Counted from the stretch's first letter, positions 49,489-60,578 are shown. The stretch is DNA of 64,000 nucleotides from Gammaproteobacteria bacterium (GCA_965222615.1 CBDCUI010000009.1:960001-1024000), one strand, 5' to 3'. Program-made: numbers and translations. The notes: generated by a model not told the origin, from the letters alone.

Positions 49489-50103
49489 ATGAAATTACTA
49501 TTTGATTATTTATCGATTATTTTATTCTACATCGCTTATCAATTTTATGCGCATGTTCCTGAAAGTGCTGTTCTCATAATCAACTCATGGTTAGGCCTAG
49601 ACTTGGTGGCGGGAGATAAAAGCAGTGCAATTTATTTCGCAGTATTAGTCGGCATAATTGCGGCTGGCTTATTAACCCTAGTACATTGGATATTTAAAGG
49701 TACACCAACCAAGCTACATCTTTTCACATTATTTGCTTTTTTAATATTTGGCGGTATTACATTGTTTTTGCGTGACCCAGTTTTTATTAAATGGAAACCC
49801 ACTATTGTCAACATGATTTTTGCCTGTGTACTCCTATCTAGTATGTTTATCGGTGAAAAAACTTTAGTGGAACGTATGATGGGAAAAACGATACAAACAT
49901 CCAAGCAAGTTTGGCACCGCTTGACACTTAGCTGGGTAGCATTTTTTCTATTTATTGCAATTCTTAATATTATTATTGCCTATAAATTTAGTGAAACCGC
50001 CTGGGTAAACTTCAAACTATTTGGTATCCTTGGACTGACATTTTGCTTTTTGGTGATACAGGCATTTTACCTCTCAAAGCAATATCAAATAGATAAACAT
50101 TAA
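49489..50103 (+). CDS. yciB: inner membrane septation protein
   Basis: FIKWKPTIVN, WVNFKLFG. Confidence 0.88.
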   Translation: MKLLFDYLSIILFYIAYQFYAHVPESAVLIINSWLGLDLVAGDKSSAIYFAVLVGIIAAGLLTLVHWIFKGTPTKLHLFTLFAFLIFGGITLFLRDPVFIKWKPTIVNMIFACVLLSSMFIGEKTLVERMMGKTIQTSKQVWHRLTLSWVAFFLFIAILNIIIAYKFSETAWVNFKLFGILGLTFCFLVIQAFYLSKQYQIDKH

Positions 50104-50115
50104 TTACTAATCATC

Positions 50116-50415
50116 ATGCTATATGCAATTATCAGTCAAGATGTTGAGAATAGTCTCAACAAGCGTATGTCTGCTCGAGAACAGCACATTGCAAGACTAA
50201 ATGAACTTAAAGACCAAGGTCGCCTGGTGCTTGCCGGGCCTCATCCTGCCGTAGATAGCCCAGACCCAGGGGATGCAGGCTTTACCGGCAGCTTAATTAT
50301 TGCCGAATTTGATTCACTGAATTCCGCACAGGCTTGGGCTGACGCGGACCCGTATATCGCTGCTGGTGTTTACGAAAAAGTAATCGTGAAACCTTTCAAA
50401 CGTGTATTGCCCTAA
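50116..50415 (+). CDS. yciI: YciI family protein
   Basis: [24 protein letters not shown]. Confidence 0.9.
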   Translation: MLYAIISQDVENSLNKRMSAREQHIARLNELKDQGRLVLAGPHPAVDSPDPGDAGFTGSLIIAEFDSLNSAQAWADADPYIAAGVYEKVIVKPFKRVLP

Positions 50416-50454
50416 TACACAAATACAAATACATCTATTTACTAAGGAAAAACT

Positions 50455-51339
50455 ATGTATAAGCTAAAACTTGCACTAATCGTGCTTACTATCTGCTGCT
50501 TAGGATTATTTTATGGCTGCAAAGGTGGTAGTGAATCGGAAACCACGACCACATCTGAGGAAGTAAAAGACGATAGTGGTGAGTATGCAAAAGTGAATGA
50601 TGTTGTCATTAGCAAAAATGACTTTGAACAGTTTTCCAAAGCCAAACGTGCTACTCAGCCCGAAGCAAACTTTAGTGACACAGAAATCTTAGATGAGCTA
50701 GTAGCCACTGAGTTATTGAGGCAAGAAGCAGTTAAACAAGGCATTGATAATCGACCAGAAATCATCGAACAAATTAAACGCCAAGAAAGCAACATCTTAA
50801 TCAATACTCTCATAACAGAAAAATTTGGAGACCTTAGTTTTTCTGAAGAAGAACTAAAGGCGGAATATGATCGCTTAATCAGCTTAAATGATACTAATGA
50901 ATACAAAGCTCGACATATTTTATTGCAAACTGAAGATGATGCTAAAGCAATCATTGAAGAATTAAAAGGCGGTGCTGACTTTATTGAACTCGCAAAACAG
51001 AAATCCCAAGGCCCATCGGCACCAAACGGTGGCGACCTAGGGTGGTTTAAATCAAATACTATGGTACCACCCTTTGCAGAAGCGGTTCAGACTATGGACA
51101 AAGGCGCATACTCTACGAGTCCGGTAAACACACGTTTTGGATGGCATGTTATTTTGTTGGAAGATAAACGTACATCCGAACAACCAGCTTTTGACGATGT
51201 CAAAGTGGAAATACAACGAGCGCTGACACGTAAAACTATTGAAGACTACGTAGATGAATTGCAAAGTAACGCATCTATTGTGCGTCCCGATAACATGGAA
51301 ACGATGGAAGAAAGTTCGAATGAAAAAAGTGAAGGCTGA
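50455..51339 (+). CDS. parvulin-type peptidyl-prolyl isomerase, lipoprotein
   Basis: Lipobox-like YGC, ARHIL, GGDLGWF, FGWHVI. Confidence 0.88.
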   Translation: MYKLKLALIVLTICCLGLFYGCKGGSESETTTTSEEVKDDSGEYAKVNDVVISKNDFEQFSKAKRATQPEANFSDTEILDELVATELLRQEAVKQGIDNRPEIIEQIKRQESNILINTLITEKFGDLSFSEEELKAEYDRLISLNDTNEYKARHILLQTEDDAKAIIEELKGGADFIELAKQKSQGPSAPNGGDLGWFKSNTMVPPFAEAVQTMDKGAYSTSPVNTRFGWHVILLEDKRTSEQPAFDDVKVEIQRALTRKTIEDYVDELQSNASIVRPDNMETMEESSNEKSEG

Positions 51340-51348
51340 TAAACGTCT

Positions 51349-51990
51349 TTAATCTCGAATCAGCTCCATGAACTCGGAACGTGACCGAGAGTCGTCTCTG
51401 AATGCACCCAGCATAGAGCTGGTGACAGTTTTACTATTTTGCTTTTGCACACCACGCATCACCATACAGAAATGACTGGCTTCTAGTACTACTGCTACTC
51501 CATGTGCATTTAAAACATCTAATAAACCGCTAGCAATCTGTGTAGTAAGCCTTTCTTGTACCTGTAACCTTCTTGCATAGACATCGACCACACGTGCAAT
51601 TTTACTTAACCCGATCACGCGACCTCTTGGCAAATAACCAACATGAGCACGCCCAAAAAAAGGCAGCATGTGATGTTCGCACAGAGAATAAAATTCTACA
51701 TCTCTAACGATGACCATTTCCTCACACTGCTCTTCAAATAATGCATCGCGCACGACTTCTTCAACAGTTAAACTATATCCACTCGTTAAGAAATGCATCG
51801 CTTTGGATACCCGTTTTGGTGTATCCAGTAACCCTTCACGATCTGGATTTTCACCAATCAGTTCCAACATGCTTCGAATATGACTCTCGAGCTGCATGTC
51901 ACGATTACCATCACTAGAGAGTGTTGTATCTTCCAGATAGCGCCCTCCCGCCAGAATCTCAAATGCCTTTTTATTCATCTTTAATCCCAT
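51349..51990 (-). CDS. folE: GTP cyclohydrolase I
   Basis: [39 protein letters not shown]. Confidence 0.95.
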   Translation of the reverse strand: MGLKMNKKAFEILAGGRYLEDTTLSSDGNRDMQLESHIRSMLELIGENPDREGLLDTPKRVSKAMHFLTSGYSLTVEEVVRDALFEEQCEEMVIVRDVEFYSLCEHHMLPFFGRAHVGYLPRGRVIGLSKIARVVDVYARRLQVQERLTTQIASGLLDVLNAHGVAVVLEASHFCMVMRGVQKQNSKTVTSSMLGAFRDDSRSRSEFMELIRD

Positions 51991-52030
51991 ATGCAGCTTG
52001 ATGTATCGAATATATTTAGACCTAACATAA

Positions 52031-52054
52031 TAGCAGTTAATCGCTTAACTGTTA
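52031..52054. promoter_or_regulatory. palindromic operator-like site upstream of folE
   Basis: TAGCAGTTAA-TCGC-TTAACTGTTA, arms match 9/10. Confidence 0.35.
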
Positions 52055-52253
52055 AAACCAGTGCCTTATTGCCTCAACCTTAACCTAATGATGATTTTTT
52101 CTGCCCCCAACAAAGTAGGGCCAATGTGCACAGATAAACATGAGAAAACTTTCCTGGAATAATGGCAAATCAACTATCTAGAACACTAGTTGCAAATGCT
52201 GTCCAATTAAGAGCTTATGGTAATATAATCAGCATTTCGGAAAGAGGATGCCT

Positions 52254-52391
52254 ATGAGTAGTAATGTGATTCCAACTGACTCGGTATTACGTCGTCACTA
52301 TGAAGCGTCGCACGCCAAACAAGTAGCTAAAAATATTCAATCACAAGGTAAAGGTGGATTGCTAACCTGGTTAAAAAGAATTTTCAGCTAG
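52254..52391 (+). CDS. candidate 45-aa small protein (not in ORF track)
   Basis: GAGG RBS 6 nt upstream; MSSNVIPTDSVLRRHYEASHAKQVAKNIQSQGKGGLLTWLKRIFS*. Confidence 0.6.
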   Translation: MSSNVIPTDSVLRRHYEASHAKQVAKNIQSQGKGGLLTWLKRIFS

Positions 52392-53201
52392 CTCAGTGCT
52401 TTTTTGGTCTACAGCATAACTTAGTAACGAATACGTAAATCGACCATCTCCAGTTATATACGTATCAGGCGTAGCGTCCCTTTGTGTCGTTTGAATGCGA
52501 ACACCATCTTTTAGAGGGGTCGTTGAATAGATATCTGCAAAATTAATTTTTGTCGTATTTCTCTTCGTCACGTAATAAAGGCTTCGATCAGTGACTACCA
52601 ACTGGCCCATTGCCTCGACCTCAACATCCAGTTGCTTATAGCGCGACCTATTAAATAGATTGTTTAATATCGAATGAAATATTGTCCATTGCTGATCTCT
52701 TTGTCGCTTTGCTTCCACTTTTAAAGTTTCTTCGAACACCCACATCAACGACTCATCATTTGCCATATCAATTTCTTTATATAATTCAGGAAAATTAGCA
52801 GAAATAGTTTGGTTTTGATCAAGACGCTCAAGATATTCGACATTGGCTAAGCGAGTAAATAAATGAGGCTCTACGTCTTTATCCTGAATTTCTAGAACGG
52901 TAGCCGTACTAAGTAAATTGCGTGCATGCGATGCGTTTAGCGATTTGCTTTGAATAATTTTTTTTGCTTGGTCTTGCCATTCTCGTTTTACCAAACTAGT
53001 AAATAAATTTTGCGAAAAAGCTGAAGCAGGTTTACATTCATTCACAGTAGCAACAAATTTACTACTATGCTCTGAAGACTCTACGCACTTTGAAAAAGCT
53101 TTATGAAGACTTTCACGTGTATCTTCATAAACTTGATAACAGGTTTTGTGTAATGAATAGAAAGGTCCGGCAGACTTGTTACAAACTATACATTTACCCA
53201 C
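52371..53201 (-). CDS. hypothetical protein with N-terminal CxxC...HxxC zinc-binding motif
   Basis: MGKCIVC...LHKTC; C-terminal beta-rich segment (GQLVVTDRSLYY) may be PH-like. Confidence 0.7.
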   Translation of the reverse strand: MGKCIVCNKSAGPFYSLHKTCYQVYEDTRESLHKAFSKCVESSEHSSKFVATVNECKPASAFSQNLFTSLVKREWQDQAKKIIQSKSLNASHARNLLSTATVLEIQDKDVEPHLFTRLANVEYLERLDQNQTISANFPELYKEIDMANDESLMWVFEETLKVEAKRQRDQQWTIFHSILNNLFNRSRYKQLDVEVEAMGQLVVTDRSLYYVTKRNTTKINFADIYSTTPLKDGVRIQTTQRDATPDTYITGDGRFTYSLLSYAVDQKSTELAENSF

Positions 53202-53225
53202 AAGTACTCAAAAGGTTAGATGAAA

Positions 53226-53957
53226 TTATTCATCTTCTAGTTCTTGATAGAGATCATCATCCGTTGAAATTTCACCATCATTGACTAAAAATTCTCGACG
53301 ATCTAAATATGCATCACGAATAAATACATAACGATCCCCTCCGATATCCCCTGCCTTTTCCTCTAGTTGCATTAGTTCGGCACGTATATTCACTAAATTT
53401 AAGGCAAATAATCCATTATATTCTGAACTTTTAATATCGGCCCAACTAGGTGGCCATAAAAACGAATCCACAGCTTTACCAGGACCATCGCGTAAATTAC
53501 TTGGACCAAGAAATGGCAGCATGAGATATGGGCCCGTACCCATCCCCCAATAACCAAGCGTTTGGCCGAAGTCTTCATTATGTTTACGCAAGCCCATGTG
53601 ACTCGCCACATCTATAAAACCTAACAAACCAATCGTGGAGTTAACGAGTATACGACCTATATCAGAAACCGCATCAAGAAATTTAAATTGCAGCGTATTG
53701 TTAAAGGCAACACCGACATCACCAAGATTTGAAAAGAAATTACTGATGCCATCTTCAACAAATTCAGGTGCCACGGCACGATAGCCTGTAGCAGCGGGAA
53801 GCAAAAAAGCGCGATCTATAGCATCATTAAAGCTATATACCCTACGGTTGAAACCCTCCCAAGGGTCACTAGGATCATTGCTTAATTCTTGTGTGCTCGC
53901 ACAACCGCCTGCGAATAAACTAATCAGCATCAGTAACAAATATAAATATCTAGTCAT
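53226..53957 (-). CDS. mlaA: MlaA/VacJ lipoprotein
   Basis: Lipobox, DPWEGFNR, EDFGQTLG, GPYLMLPFLGPS. Confidence 0.92.
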   Translation of the reverse strand: MTRYLYLLLMLISLFAGGCASTQELSNDPSDPWEGFNRRVYSFNDAIDRAFLLPAATGYRAVAPEFVEDGISNFFSNLGDVGVAFNNTLQFKFLDAVSDIGRILVNSTIGLLGFIDVASHMGLRKHNEDFGQTLGYWGMGTGPYLMLPFLGPSNLRDGPGKAVDSFLWPPSWADIKSSEYNGLFALNLVNIRAELMQLEEKAGDIGGDRYVFIRDAYLDRREFLVNDGEISTDDDLYQELEDE

Positions 53958-54003
53958 AATATATGTTCTTGTGGTGAGATTATTTAGCTAGTTGTAATGC
54001 TAT

Positions 54004-55224
54004 TTAGTGGCCATGTCTAGAAGATTTCGCTGCAATTCTCATTCTCAAGGCATTTAATTTAATAAAACCCTCTGCATCTTGTTGATTATAGGCGCCTTCA
54101 TCATCTTCAAAGGTAGCAATGCTAGCGTCAAATAAGCTATGACTTTCAGATTTTCTCCCAGCTATTATCGCACTACCTTTATAGAGCTTGACACGTACAG
54201 TACCCGTAACATTTTCTTGTGTGTTATCGATTAACTTTTGCATCGCTATACGTTCAGGACTCCACCAATAACCATTATAGATAAGCTTAGCGTAACGTGG
54301 CATCAGCTCATCTTTTAAATGTGCTGATTCTCTATCGAGTGTGATCGATTCCATTGCACGATGTGCTTTGAGAAGAATGGTACCTCCGGGTGTTTCATAA
54401 CAACCACGCGACTTCATTCCAACATAGCGATTTTCCACAATATCCTGCCTACCCACACCGTGTTTACCTGCAACGGCATTTAAGTTGCTGAGTAATTCAG
54501 CAGGGCTTAACGTCTCACCATTTAGTCCAATGGCATCTCCCTGGGCAAACTTGATTTCAATATATTCGGCTTGCTCAGGTGCTTGCTCAGGTGACTGGGT
54601 TAACTTCCACATTTCGTCTTCGGGCTCATTCCAAGGTTCCTCCAAGGATCCACCTTCATAAGAAATATGCAGTAAATTTGCATCCATAGAATAAGGTGAT
54701 TGTTTACCGCGTTTTTGTTCAATTGCGATATGGTGTTTTTCTGCATAAGCCAACAATTTTTCACGAGAATTTAAATCCCACTCTCGCCATGGTGCAATAA
54801 TCTTTATGTCTGCATTTAAAGCATAAGCTCCTAATTCGAAACGCACTTGATCATTACCCTTACCCGTTGCCCCATGTGCAACGGCGTCGGCACCCACTTG
54901 TTCGGCAATCTCAACCAAACGTTTGGCGATAAGTGGCCTTGCTATGGAAGTACCCAGCAAATATTCTCCCTCATAAACTGCATTAGCTCGAAACATAGGA
55001 AAGACATAATCGCTTACAAATTCCTCAGTAAGATCTTCGATATAGATTTCCTTTACCCCAAAGGCCTCCGCCTTTGCACGTGCAGGTTCAACCTCTTCAC
55101 CTTGACCAATATCTGCAGTAAAGGTCACTACTTCACAATCATAAGTTTCCTGCAACCATTTCAATATGACCGAGGTATCTAAACCACCCGAATAGGCAAG
55201 TACAACTTTGTTGATTGATGACAT
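54004..55224 (-). CDS. argG: argininosuccinate synthase
   Basis: [34 protein letters not shown]. Confidence 0.96.
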   Translation of the reverse strand: MSSINKVVLAYSGGLDTSVILKWLQETYDCEVVTFTADIGQGEEVEPARAKAEAFGVKEIYIEDLTEEFVSDYVFPMFRANAVYEGEYLLGTSIARPLIAKRLVEIAEQVGADAVAHGATGKGNDQVRFELGAYALNADIKIIAPWREWDLNSREKLLAYAEKHHIAIEQKRGKQSPYSMDANLLHISYEGGSLEEPWNEPEDEMWKLTQSPEQAPEQAEYIEIKFAQGDAIGLNGETLSPAELLSNLNAVAGKHGVGRQDIVENRYVGMKSRGCYETPGGTILLKAHRAMESITLDRESAHLKDELMPRYAKLIYNGYWWSPERIAMQKLIDNTQENVTGTVRVKLYKGSAIIAGRKSESHSLFDASIATFEDDEGAYNQQDAEGFIKLNALRMRIAAKSSRHGH

Positions 55225-55310
55225 ACTATGACGCTTTGTTAGCAGTTTACTTCTGATTCAATTCCACCGAATTATAGCTTGAAAGATAAAATTTACATGA
55301 CAAATCGTAC

Positions 55311-55937
55311 ATGAATACAGAAATCCAACAAGAATTTATCCCAATTAGTAATCGCTTTCGCGGTTTCTGCCCTATAGTAATAGATGTTGAAACTGGAGGA
55401 TTCAATGCTGAAACGGATGCATTGTTAGAAATTGCCGCAGTTCTGATCAGCTTAAACAAAGATGAAGACTTCTACTGCCATGAAACAATCTCTACACACA
55501 TAAAACCATTTGAAGGCTCAAATCTTGAACCCGCCTCATTGGAAATAAATGGAATTGACCCTTTTCATCCCTTGCGCATCGCATTACCAGAGAAAGAAGG
55601 CTTGCAAAAAATCTTTACCCCTATTCGCGAACACGTAAAGCTGAATAAATGTAACCGCGCAATACTTGTTGGTCACAATGCTTTTTTTGATCTAAAATTC
55701 CTCAATGCCGCGGTTGAACGCGCAGGGATAAAAAACAATCCTTTTCACCCATTTAGTAATTTTGACACGGTGACATTAGGCGGACTTGCTTACGGGCAAA
55801 CCGTTTTATCTAGAATAGTAGAAGCCGCGAATCTTGAGTGGGAAAGCAATAATGCACATTCAGCCGTCTATGATGCGGAAAAAACTGCAGCAGTATTTTG
55901 CGAGGTTATGAATAAATGGAAACAACTACAAGCCTAA
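55311..55937 (+). CDS. rnt: ribonuclease T
   Basis: RFRGF, IDVETGGF, VGHNA, NPFHPFS, AHSAVYD. Confidence 0.93.
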   Translation: MNTEIQQEFIPISNRFRGFCPIVIDVETGGFNAETDALLEIAAVLISLNKDEDFYCHETISTHIKPFEGSNLEPASLEINGIDPFHPLRIALPEKEGLQKIFTPIREHVKLNKCNRAILVGHNAFFDLKFLNAAVERAGIKNNPFHPFSNFDTVTLGGLAYGQTVLSRIVEAANLEWESNNAHSAVYDAEKTAAVFCEVMNKWKQLQA

Positions 55938-55941
55938 ACAC

Positions 55942-55983
55942 TTAGGAAGCCCTGATTTATTCCGATATTCAGAGCTTTCCTAA
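55942..55983. repeat. minimal MITE (two termini only) forming a hairpin between convergent rnt and grxD
   Basis: TTAGGAAGCCCTGATTTAT-TCCG-ATATTCAGAGCTTTCCTAA. Confidence 0.65.
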
Positions 55984-56303
55984 CTTTTAGAACTTGCGGC
56001 TTCTTCAACCATTTTCTGCAATTCACCTTTTTCATGTAATTCCAAGGCAATATCGCAGCCGCCGACTAGTTCGCCATTAATATAAAGCTGAGGAAAGGTT
56101 GGCCAATCTGCAAAACGCGGTAGATTCTCGAAAATCTCTGGGTCCATCAAAACATTTACATAGGCAAACTCTTGTCCACAAGATTTTAATGCTTCTGCTG
56201 CACGACTAGAAAAACCACACTGTGGCATCTGTGGTGTACCCTTCATGAAAATGATTACCGGGTTGGATTCCACCTGTTCTTTTATTCGATCCATTACATC
56301 CAT
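55980..56303 (-). CDS. grxD: monothiol glutaredoxin Grx4
   Basis: FMKGTP, CGFS, WPTFPQLY. Confidence 0.95.
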   Translation of the reverse strand: MDVMDRIKEQVESNPVIIFMKGTPQMPQCGFSSRAAEALKSCGQEFAYVNVLMDPEIFENLPRFADWPTFPQLYINGELVGGCDIALELHEKGELQKMVEEAASSKS

Positions 56304-56374
56304 ATTAAAACTCCTGACTATAACTTTAATTCGTAGGTTCTAACTTTATTCAGATATATTTTACTGCGCCCAAA

Positions 56375-58162
56375 TCATGTGACAAGACATCTATCCACAT
56401 TGCGCTGCAACCATAACTCCAACAAGGCTAAATGCCATAACTTACTACCACGCAATGGGGTTAGATTATTTTCCGGTTGTTGCAATAATTTCTCTATATA
56501 GGAGCGCTGAAACAATCCACGCTGTAAACAACTATCAGAAAATAAAATTGTTTGCATGAATTCTAGAAATTCACCTCTGACATATTTCAATGCAGGCACA
56601 GGAAAATAACCTTTTTTACGGTCAATGACTTTATCAGGCAGCAAACCTCTGGAAATTTGTTTGAGTAGATACTTGCCGCCATTTGTAAGCTTATATTTTG
56701 CAGGCATTCGTGCAGCTAGTTCAACAAGCTCATGATCCAAAAACGGCACACGCGCCTCCAGTCCATATGCCATGGTCATGTTATCTACACGCTTAACCGG
56801 GTCATCCACAATTAAAGTTGTGACATCCATATGTAGTACCGCATTAATAAAATCATCTGTGCCTGCCTCATGAAGCAATTCAGTAACTTTATTAGAAGTG
56901 TAATCTTCACGAACGAATTCTTTACTTAATGTTTGACACATTTCAGAATGACTACGGTCAAAATAATATTTTGCAAAATTGTCGACAGAAAGTCTTTCCT
57001 CTCTTTGCATTAGCGGGTACCAAAAATAACCACCAAACACTTCATCGGCCCCTTGTCCAGATTGCACAACAGAAATGTGTTGGCTCACCTGCTCGGCTAA
57101 TAAGTAGAAAGCAATGGCATCTTGACCAACCATCGGTTCTGCCATGTGCTCAACTGCTTCAGGTAGGCGATCTAGAACTTCGGCATTGTTTATATGAAAT
57201 TTATGATGATCCGTTGCAAAACGCTCCACTACTGCATCAGAGTATTCAAATTCATGACCACGTTCTTCAGGTTGATCTTCAAAACCTACCGAATAGGTTT
57301 TTATATTTTGCACCCCCGCATTAGCTAACAACCCAACCAATAAACTTGAATCCAAGCCCCCAGACAATAAAACCCCTACAGGCACATCTGCTATATGCAG
57401 TCTTCTTTCAATTGCTAACGTTAGTGCAGCTTGAACGTCATGCTGCCATTCTGCTTCACTTTTACTATTATCAATTTGATTCGCACGCAACTGCCAATAT
57501 CGATTGGCAAAATTTTCCCCCTTGGAATTAATTAACATAGTATGCGCTGGCGAAAGCTTGCTCAATCCTTGCAAAATGGTTGTCGGAGCCGGAACTACAG
57601 CATGCAGAGTAAGATGATGGTGCAAACCCCGTATATCAAATTCCGTATTTAGATCACCTGCTGCTAATAGTGCTTGGCTATTCGAAGCAAAACGAAAAAA
57701 ATTTTCTGTTTGTGTGTAATAAAGAGGCTTGATGCCTAATCGATCTCGCGCGAGGAATAGCTCTTGTTTGGTTTCATCCCAAATCGCAAAAGCAAACATG
57801 CCAGTTAATCTCTCAACACAGGCTTGTCCCCACTGCGCATAGGCTTTAAGAATGACTTCAGTATCTCCAGTTGAGGTAAAGCTATGCCCTAGCTGCACTA
57901 GCTGTTTATGTAAATTTGGATAATTGTAAATAGTGCCATTAAAGACAATGCTCAGCTTAGAATTCGCATCGCGCATAGGTTGATTGGCATTAGCTGTGAG
58001 GTCGATGATCGATAATCGACGATGCCCTAAACCAATTGGACCATGATAAAAACTCCCTTCGTGATTTGGGCCACGACGCTGAAGGGGCACAAGCATACGA
58101 TTGATCGTTTCTTTACTTGAAACATTTCCATCAAAACGTAGCTCCCCACAAATCCCACACAT
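56375..58162 (-). CDS. asparagine synthetase-family amidotransferase (NAGGN amidotransferase-like)
   Basis: N-terminal MCGICG (Ntn), RDRLGIKP, LLSGGLDSS, DDPVKRVDNMTMA. Confidence 0.85.
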   Translation of the reverse strand: MCGICGELRFDGNVSSKETINRMLVPLQRRGPNHEGSFYHGPIGLGHRRLSIIDLTANANQPMRDANSKLSIVFNGTIYNYPNLHKQLVQLGHSFTSTGDTEVILKAYAQWGQACVERLTGMFAFAIWDETKQELFLARDRLGIKPLYYTQTENFFRFASNSQALLAAGDLNTEFDIRGLHHHLTLHAVVPAPTTILQGLSKLSPAHTMLINSKGENFANRYWQLRANQIDNSKSEAEWQHDVQAALTLAIERRLHIADVPVGVLLSGGLDSSLLVGLLANAGVQNIKTYSVGFEDQPEERGHEFEYSDAVVERFATDHHKFHINNAEVLDRLPEAVEHMAEPMVGQDAIAFYLLAEQVSQHISVVQSGQGADEVFGGYFWYPLMQREERLSVDNFAKYYFDRSHSEMCQTLSKEFVREDYTSNKVTELLHEAGTDDFINAVLHMDVTTLIVDDPVKRVDNMTMAYGLEARVPFLDHELVELAARMPAKYKLTNGGKYLLKQISRGLLPDKVIDRKKGYFPVPALKYVRGEFLEFMQTILFSDSCLQRGLFQRSYIEKLLQQPENNLTPLRGSKLWHLALLELWLQRNVDRCLVT

Positions 58163-58257
58163 TGGTATTAATTGACCCTTGTTATATTAAAGATATTTAG
58201 AAAAACCGAGTTTTACTTTTTCTTTATAAGGCTTTGCACACGAAGTTAATGCAGCAA

Positions 58258-59814
58258 TCATGAAAAAAGTACATTTTTAATAGTAACTTCACCCCAACCA
58301 CCGCCGCCAGGAGTTTCTATCCGTAAAACATCTCCTCGAACGGCATTACCTTGTACTTTTGCTGGCAACAGTTGTTTATTTAGATAATTTGCCCCTACTT
58401 TACCATCTTTACCACTAGCCATTCCCCATGGTGCGCGTTGTCTTCTCTCAGATAAAACTGTGAATGTAGTGTCATTTAAGAATTCAAATTCGCGAATTAA
58501 TCCGTTACCGCCCTGATGTAGTCCTGTGCCACCAGATTCTTTTCGAATTTCATAACGTTTAATTCTTATTGGGTAATTAATTTCCAATACTTCTACAGGT
58601 GTGTTTTGTGTATTGGTCATATGTGATTGCACTGCAGATAATCCTGACGAGACTTTAGACGCACCTACACCCCCAGCAATGGTTTCATAGTATGCCCAAG
58701 CCCTGTTTGAAGAACTACCTAAGGCAATGTTATTCATCGTACCTTGACTGCAAGCCGGAATATCATCAGGAAGTGCCTGACTTAACGCACCCAATACTAC
58801 ATCTACGATACGTGAACTAGTTTCGACATTCCCCGCGGCTACTGCAGCAGGCTGTTTTGCATTTAACAAGCAACCCCTAGGTACTTTAAGTTCAATAGGA
58901 TTGAAACTACCGGCACAAGCTGGCGCTTCATTGGGCATTAAACAACGAAATACATAAAACACCGCAGCAGCAGTTACAGACATCGGGCAATTTATATTGC
59001 CAGCAACTTGTGAGGCAGTATTTGTAAAGTCGACAAATACGGATTCATCTTTTACTGTGATTGAAACATGTATTGGTAAATCAATATTCCCCTGCCCATC
59101 ATCATCCATGTAATCAACAAATGAATAATTGCCATTTGGAATTCTTGCAATAACAGAACGTGCAATGCGTTCACCATATTGATTGAGTTCATCTAGAGAT
59201 CGCTTAAAAACTTCAGGAGACAAAAGTGCAATTAATTCTTTTATACGTTTTACCCCAAGTTTGTTTGCACTGCTCTGTGCCGCCATATCACCTAATGTGT
59301 CACGCGAATTTCGTGCATGCTCAAATAGGTTAATAATTTTCTGTTGATCGATTACATGATTTCTACCGATATGCATCGGAGGAATCACGACTCCTTCTTG
59401 TTTCAGTTCCGTTGAAATTGGCATCGAGCCGGGTGTATCGGCACCAATATCGGCATGGTGCGCACGATTGGCAACAAAAGCTTGTAACTCATTATTCATA
59501 AAGACTGGGCTGATTACGGTCACATCAGGTAAATGTGTACCCCCGAGATAGGGATCATTTAATGCAACCATGTCCCCTTCAGACCAAGAGATTGCCACAA
59601 CAATTTGCTGCATCGCGAAGGCCATGCTGCCTAAATGCACGGGGATATGAGCGGCTTGGGCACATAATTCTCCTTGTGTATTAAACACCGCACATGAAAA
59701 ATCGAGTCGATCTCGAATATTTGGAGAAAAAGCGGCCTGTTGTAATTGAGCGCCCATTTCCTCACAAACAGCATCTATTTTACGCGCGAATATGCTCAAT
59801 TCTATTGGATTCAT
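58258..59814 (-). CDS. hydantoinase B / 5-oxoprolinase subunit
   Basis: FSPNIRDRLDFSCA, HIPVHLG, GGTHLPD, TPGGGGWG; likely start ATG 59814. Confidence 0.9.
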   Translation of the reverse strand: MNPIELSIFARKIDAVCEEMGAQLQQAAFSPNIRDRLDFSCAVFNTQGELCAQAAHIPVHLGSMAFAMQQIVVAISWSEGDMVALNDPYLGGTHLPDVTVISPVFMNNELQAFVANRAHHADIGADTPGSMPISTELKQEGVVIPPMHIGRNHVIDQQKIINLFEHARNSRDTLGDMAAQSSANKLGVKRIKELIALLSPEVFKRSLDELNQYGERIARSVIARIPNGNYSFVDYMDDDGQGNIDLPIHVSITVKDESVFVDFTNTASQVAGNINCPMSVTAAAVFYVFRCLMPNEAPACAGSFNPIELKVPRGCLLNAKQPAAVAAGNVETSSRIVDVVLGALSQALPDDIPACSQGTMNNIALGSSSNRAWAYYETIAGGVGASKVSSGLSAVQSHMTNTQNTPVEVLEINYPIRIKRYEIRKESGGTGLHQGGNGLIREFEFLNDTTFTVLSERRQRAPWGMASGKDGKVGANYLNKQLLPAKVQGNAVRGDVLRIETPGGGGWGEVTIKNVLFS

Positions 59815-59929
59815 GCACTTACAATTATTATTTAATTTTATTAAACAGGTTCGTATAATTGACCTCACTAGAATAAGCCATATCGGCGAAATAAATAATA
59901 ATTAATATATTTTCCAAGAGGACTACCTG

Positions 59930-60514
59930 ATGAATCCACTAAACTCCATTATCGGCACAATAATTTTGGGCGCGATTCTCGCAATTTTAATTGCGCTAGG
60001 CTTCAGCCCGAATGATGCAATTAATTCTTGGTCATTAATAGTATGGCTACATGTCTTAGCAGGGATCGTTTGGATTGGCCTGCTCTACTACTTTAATTTT
60101 GTACAAGTCCCTGCTCTCGGTGAAGCTACCGCAGACAGTAATGGGCCCGGCCCAGCTGCAATTGGTAAATACGTAGCACCACGTGCATTGGCATGGTTCC
60201 GCTGGGGTGCATTGGCTACCTGGTTAACCGGTGCCGGTGCTTTAGAGTACGTAGGTGGATTCATGAGACATTTTTTTGCAACCGAAGGTATCACCGTAAT
60301 TGGTATTGGTGCCTGGCTTGGAACCATCATGTTGTTAAATGTGTGGGGCTTAATCTGGCCAAACCAAAAGAAAGTACTTGGTATTAAACCTGCCAGTGAT
60401 GATGAAAAGGCCAAGGCCAAGAAAATTGCCGGCATGGCTTCACGAACCAATACCTTGTTATCGATCCCAATGATCATGTGTATGGTTGGCCACGCCCATG
60501 GCTTACCGTTTTAA
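59930..60514 (+). CDS. PuuD / urate-oxidase N-terminal-like membrane protein
   Basis: WLHVLAGIVWIGLLYYFNFVQ, WFRWGA, NVWGLIWPNQ, SRTNTLLS. Confidence 0.75.
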   Translation: MNPLNSIIGTIILGAILAILIALGFSPNDAINSWSLIVWLHVLAGIVWIGLLYYFNFVQVPALGEATADSNGPGPAAIGKYVAPRALAWFRWGALATWLTGAGALEYVGGFMRHFFATEGITVIGIGAWLGTIMLLNVWGLIWPNQKKVLGIKPASDDEKAKAKKIAGMASRTNTLLSIPMIMCMVGHAHGLPF

Positions 60515-60578
60515 TGATATGCAATAGCAAGAAATAAGAAACATCGCTTGAACATGTAGTCCCTTACTTTTTTACTTA

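Noticed and set aside
51991-52250. Riboswitch upstream of folE
   Set aside because: No recognisable THF/folE/ZTP consensus or expression platform by eye; an Rfam scan would be needed
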